Part shown: piece by piece, positions 60,138 to 64,000 of the stretch | Position numbering within the stretch: position 1 is the first letter of the stretch | Layout of the letters: each line of letters starts with the position of its first letter | Assembly: GCA_036918135.1 (NCBI GenBank) | Contig: JBALDB010000028.1 | Location: forward strand, 160,001 to 224,000 | Source of the DNA: Nostoc sp. | GTDB taxonomy: Bacteria; Cyanobacteriota; Cyanobacteriia; Cyanobacteriales; Nostocaceae | Length of the DNA: 64,000 nucleotides | Direction: 5' to 3' | Made by a program: the position numbers and the translations under genes | Notes under the pieces: generated by a model | What the model saw: only the letters and a program-made list of their open reading frames with translations | Databases searched by the model: none | What the model was told of the DNA's origin: nothing

Positions 60138-60980
60138 TTAAGTAGCACCGTTTTCGGACTTTTTGCTGCTATCTTCGTGAGTCACCGACTGACCAATCAA
60201 TTCCTGAAACATTTCACTTGAGTTGGCTGGGTCTACAAAGACAATTTTGGCATTATTGCTTTCTCCGAGTTGTTGGCTAGCCTTGACGTAATCTTGAGCC
60301 ACGAGATACCGGAGAATTTCCTTGCTTTCTGGATTGGAACGTAAGGCTTTAGCAATGATCTCAACTGAAGTCATAGTTCCTTCTGCTTTGCGAATGGCGG
60401 CTTCCTTCTGTCCTTCTGCTTCAGTAATTAGTGCCCGTTTTCTGATTTCAGCAGCTTGCTGATCTTCTCTGGACTTGCGTACGCTCTCAGGTAGAGTAAT
60501 ACTTTGAAGATCTAAACGCAGAATCTGCACTCCCCAATCTGCCGTTATTTCATTCAACTGGTCTAAGATGGCTCTATCCATCTCCGCTCTGGAAACATTG
60601 GTCTGCTCAAGGGTATTTTGGGCAATGATTTCCCGCAGCGTTGTTGTGGCCAGCTGTGTCAATGCTCCTTGAAGATCTTCAATAGCGTAAAAGCTTTTTT
60701 CAATATTTGTAATCCGCCAGTATACAATTGCATCTACTTCTACGTCAACATTATCTTGAGTGATCACATTCTGGGGTTTGATATCGAGATACTGCTCTCG
60801 CGTAGTATCTTCCATCACAATTTGATCTACCAAGGGAACAATAAAGTTTAGCCCTGGCTTAAGTTTTCGATGATACCGCCCCAAGCGTTCCACTAAGGCT
60901 TCATTACCTTGATTAATCAGTTTTGCAGAACCTAAGGCATAACCTATAAGGGCTAAGACTATAGCAATGATTGGCTCCAT
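60138..60980 (-). CDS. SPFH/band 7 (stomatin-like) protein
   Basis: LVERLGRY, PGLNFIVP, QNVITQDNV, WGVQILR. Confidence 0.92.
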   Translation of the reverse strand: MEPIIAIVLALIGYALGSAKLINQGNEALVERLGRYHRKLKPGLNFIVPLVDQIVMEDTTREQYLDIKPQNVITQDNVDVEVDAIVYWRITNIEKSFYAIEDLQGALTQLATTTLREIIAQNTLEQTNVSRAEMDRAILDQLNEITADWGVQILRLDLQSITLPESVRKSREDQQAAEIRKRALITEAEGQKEAAIRKAEGTMTSVEIIAKALRSNPESKEILRYLVAQDYVKASQQLGESNNAKIVFVDPANSSEMFQELIGQSVTHEDSSKKSENGAT

Positions 60981-61953
60981 ATATGCTCCTATTTAGCTGT
61001 TTGGGAGAATTTAGTGTCAAGGATATGCTACTAGCTTGTCATAACCTTTGATTAAATGTTTTGAGTCTGTAATTTTATGAACCCCGGTAGTGATGTCTAA
61101 TGTCGATTGGCTGGGTGTTTTGGATGTATTCTGCAAGCAGGAAACTTTTGCGAAACGCGATCGCTATTAAAGCACCTCGATCGCACCCTGGCAAGCAGTA
61201 CTTTCTGTAATCAGCTTTACTTACACCAACATCTCCACAGAAACAAGATTTACTTACGTATATTTATTTTAAGTAAATAAATATACTTGAAATTTAGTAG
61301 TAATTTCAAAACTCTAGTAGAATCGAATTAAAATTATGTTCAGCCACTAAAAATAATATACAAATACTATAAGTAGGCTGCTCTCAAACTTATAGGTTTA
61401 ATCTTACTTTTTACTGGTTGATACTTTTTTGTTCAAAACATCATATTTGTTAGGGGTTATTATTCAGTTTTTTCACGCAGCTTACCTGTGGTAGCCTCAG
61501 TTTTAGCAATTATAGCAGGTGCGTTTACACAAGTATTTTTCACACAGAAGCTAGTAATTTGGGATAGATTTTATTAGATATTGGGATAGTACTAGTTTTC
61601 TTGAGTGATGAAGTAATTTTTAGCTTGAATAGCTTATAGAATTTATTGGTTGCTTTCACTGCATTAACAGTCGGCGATAAATAGATTCAATCAGGGCAGA
61701 ATCAACTTTTAAAAATAGCAGAGTCAGGAGAATTTAACATAATCATTTTCTCCTGTTGTTAATTAAAGCTGAGGAGCATTAGGGCACTAAGATTAAATTT
61801 ATGGCTAAGTACCGATTTGCAGAAGCTAGAAGCACGCATAACCAATCTCAACCAGACGAATAACCTCGCAATCATGGCTTTGTTCAGGGGGGTTTTACTA
61901 AGGTTGAGGCTACTATTACAATGGAAACTATTGATTATGAGGACAAGGCAAGA

Positions 61954-62133
61954 ATGACCCAGGTTGTTCTAGGAGAGAATGAAGGAATAGATTCAGCTTT
62001 ACGTCGGTTTAAACGCCAGGTTTCTAAAGCTGGCATATTGGCTGACGTAAAATATCATCGGCACTTTGAAACACCGTTAGAAAAACGTAAACGTAAGGCA
62101 GTGGCAGCTAGACGCAAAAGACGTTTTAAATAA
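61954..62133 (+). CDS. rpsU: 30S ribosomal protein S21
   Basis: [32 protein letters not shown]. Confidence 0.95.
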   Translation: MTQVVLGENEGIDSALRRFKRQVSKAGILADVKYHRHFETPLEKRKRKAVAARRKRRFK

Positions 62134-62433
62134 ACTTATTTGCTTTAGTACTGACGTTGCTTGGGGTAATAACCTACGATAGGCAACGATGCAACCGCCA
62201 TTATTCTTACAAAAATTAACCAAGATGTGCCGCACCCTGAGGGTGTAAATGAGTCAGTTTACCTATGCACAGAGTGTGTAGGAGGTTTATTTTGGTTGGA
62301 TGGAGTAAGCTAAAATCGCTGTCCATCAACCAAAATAAGCGCCCTAGAAGATGGAAAGATGCGGGAGATGAGCCAGATGAGGGAGAATAAATCCCAACTG
62401 TTAACTCCTAACTCAGCACTAGGTACTGGGCAC

Positions 62434-63069
62434 TCAGCACTCATTAATGGTGCGACTATTACAAAGATTCATCGCCTTTTCTACTCCCTGCTTGAGGCTT
62501 AGTTCTACACATTCAACCACAAACTGAAGTACAAGAGACATCAGCTGATTTTCGCTAGCGGAAAATCGTCCCAGCACATGGGAGATAGCATCTGAATCAT
62601 CATTATTAGCTGCATCTTTGGGTTTACCAATACCGATTCGCAAACGGGGAAAATTTTGGGTATTTAAATGTGCGATCGCACTTTTCATTCCATTATGTCC
62701 CCCAGCCGAACCAGATAAGCGCAGACGAGTCTTTCCCAAAGGCAAATCCATATCGTCATAAATTATTAGCACAGATTCAGGTGGTAATTTATACCAACTT
62801 GTTACTGCTTGTATGGCTTGTCCAGAACGATTCATATAAGTCAACGGCTTGAGCAAGCGAATTTTCCCTCCGCTTGGGGCCATACCCTCGCCATACTCTC
62901 CCTGAAACTTGCGATTTTCCGCTAGAGAAATGCGCCAAGCACTACAAAGAGCTTCCACAGCCGCAAAGCCGATATTATGGCGTGTTTGGTCGTACTTGCT
63001 TTCTGGATTCCCCAACCCGACAATTAGCTGGGGAATCACCAAAGCTGGTTGTGTAACAGCTTGTGTCAT
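62434..63069 (-). CDS. pth: Peptidyl-tRNA hydrolase
   Basis: LIVGLGNP, TRHNIGF, KPLTYMNRSG, GSAGGHNG, RLRIGIG. Confidence 0.96.
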   Translation of the reverse strand: MTQAVTQPALVIPQLIVGLGNPESKYDQTRHNIGFAAVEALCSAWRISLAENRKFQGEYGEGMAPSGGKIRLLKPLTYMNRSGQAIQAVTSWYKLPPESVLIIYDDMDLPLGKTRLRLSGSAGGHNGMKSAIAHLNTQNFPRLRIGIGKPKDAANNDDSDAISHVLGRFSASENQLMSLVLQFVVECVELSLKQGVEKAMNLCNSRTINEC

Positions 63070-63327
63070 TTTGCTATAGTCAATCAATTTTAGATTTTAG
63101 ATTTGCGATAGCTAGCTCACGCCTAGTCTGTGAGCGTCCTTTGGATTGAAACAGACCACAAGGATACATAGCTTAGTGATTTTAGATTGGCGGTAGCGTA
63201 ACGTCGAAACCAGCGTCTTTTAGATTTCCACGAGACGTTGCTCTCAACCGTAAAACAATCTAAAATCTGGCGTTGTGCTGTCAGCGCACCTTTGGCGCGA
63301 CCTAAAATCTAAAATTGGTATCTTCTC

Positions 63328-63600
63328 CTAGCCAACTTGGGAAGAACTAGCAGTATCGTGCTGTGATTTAGCAGGCTCAATTTGCTTAGGTTCCAATTCA
63401 GCAGTAGTTTTCACAGTTTCTTCTAACTGTTCAGCTTCTTTTTGAAACTCGGTTTGAAACTCCTTAGAAGCTTCTTGAAAACTGCGAATTGTTTTGCCCA
63501 CACTCCGGCCAATCTCAGGTAACTTCTTCGGCCCAAAGATTAACAGCGCCACTACCATAATTACAGCCATTTCCGGCAGACCGATACCAAATATATTCAT
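63328..63600 (-). CDS. tatA: Twin-arginine translocase TatA/TatE subunit
   Basis: FGIGLPE..ALLIFGPKKLPEIGR. Confidence 0.95.
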   Translation of the reverse strand: MNIFGIGLPEMAVIMVVALLIFGPKKLPEIGRSVGKTIRSFQEASKEFQTEFQKEAEQLEETVKTTAELEPKQIEPAKSQHDTASSSQVG

Positions 63601-63805
63601 TTTTTATCTCCAATAAACTCTAAAACCACTACATAGGCTCACATATTATTATGTAGTCTACTCAATAATCACCTATTATAGAAAGCGATCGCCCCACCAG
63701 CGAGTGATGCCTTATGTGTGCGAGCGTCAAAGATTTAGAACAATTACAATCACTTTGTAAATACTTAACTTCACGTAGTCTACTCAATAGTTAGCACTGA
63801 CTATT

Positions 63806-63830
63806 AACAAAAAACCCGGACTAGCCGGGT
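63806..63830 (-). terminator. psbH terminator
   Basis: On the minus strand ACCCGG-CTAGT-CCGGGT followed by a T tract. Confidence 0.65.
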
Positions 63831-63873
63831 AGTGAGTTCACTTGTTATCCAAACTAAATAACTCCGGTATCTA

Positions 63874-64000
63874 TTAGCGTCCTAAACTCCGCCAATCGAC
63901 AAATACATCTTGAATCAAGATTGTTTTATTGTAAAGTTGCAGAATAATCAGCAGAAACACAAAAAACAGCAACATAAAAACAGCCATTACAGGGGTAGTA
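63874..64000 (-). CDS. psbH: Photosystem II protein PsbH (3' part, truncated by the window edge)
   Basis: [41 protein letters not shown]; psbH-tatA-pth synteny. Confidence 0.92.
   Translation of the reverse strand, partial: TTPVMAVFMLLFFVFLLIILQLYNKTILIQDVFVDWRSLGR

Overview
Chromosomal window from a filamentous cyanobacterium, probably heterocyst-forming (Nostocales-like). This is inferred from abundant HIP1 GCGATCGC sites, heptamer tandem repeats, psbQ/psbH/chlM and cyanobacterial-type nif genes. Housekeeping content: tRNA-Phe, a znuABC-like transporter with a divergent SLH porin, the NAD salvage operon pncB-nadD-nrtR-nadE with an NrtR-type operator, hemJ, psbQ, an adenylate cyclase, chlM, typA, glgP, holA, tpiA, folP, rpsU, pth, tatA and psbH. 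Most notable: (1) An orphan nitrogenase-like module (VnfR-like Mo-sensing regulator, nifH paralogue, nifE-like, nifN-like) with no nifDK/vnfDGK in the window. Its NifE-like subunit keeps the three [4Fe-4S] cysteines but appears to have lost the cofactor-scaffold cysteines and the YTGG motif. (2) An aldehyde dehydrogenase + class III aminotransferase + DUF1338 cluster that looks like a lysine/2-oxoadipate catabolic route. (3) A small accessory island after typA with two toxin-antitoxin pairs, a frameshifted unannotated gene and a Uma2 remnant. (4) A 14 x 21-bp array whose heptad ORF overlaps the start of an Rpn-like fragment. (5) An uncalled 53-aa small protein, a pstB remnant, nested MITEs and a 125-bp tandem duplication. 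All family assignments come from motif recognition by eye; no searches were run.
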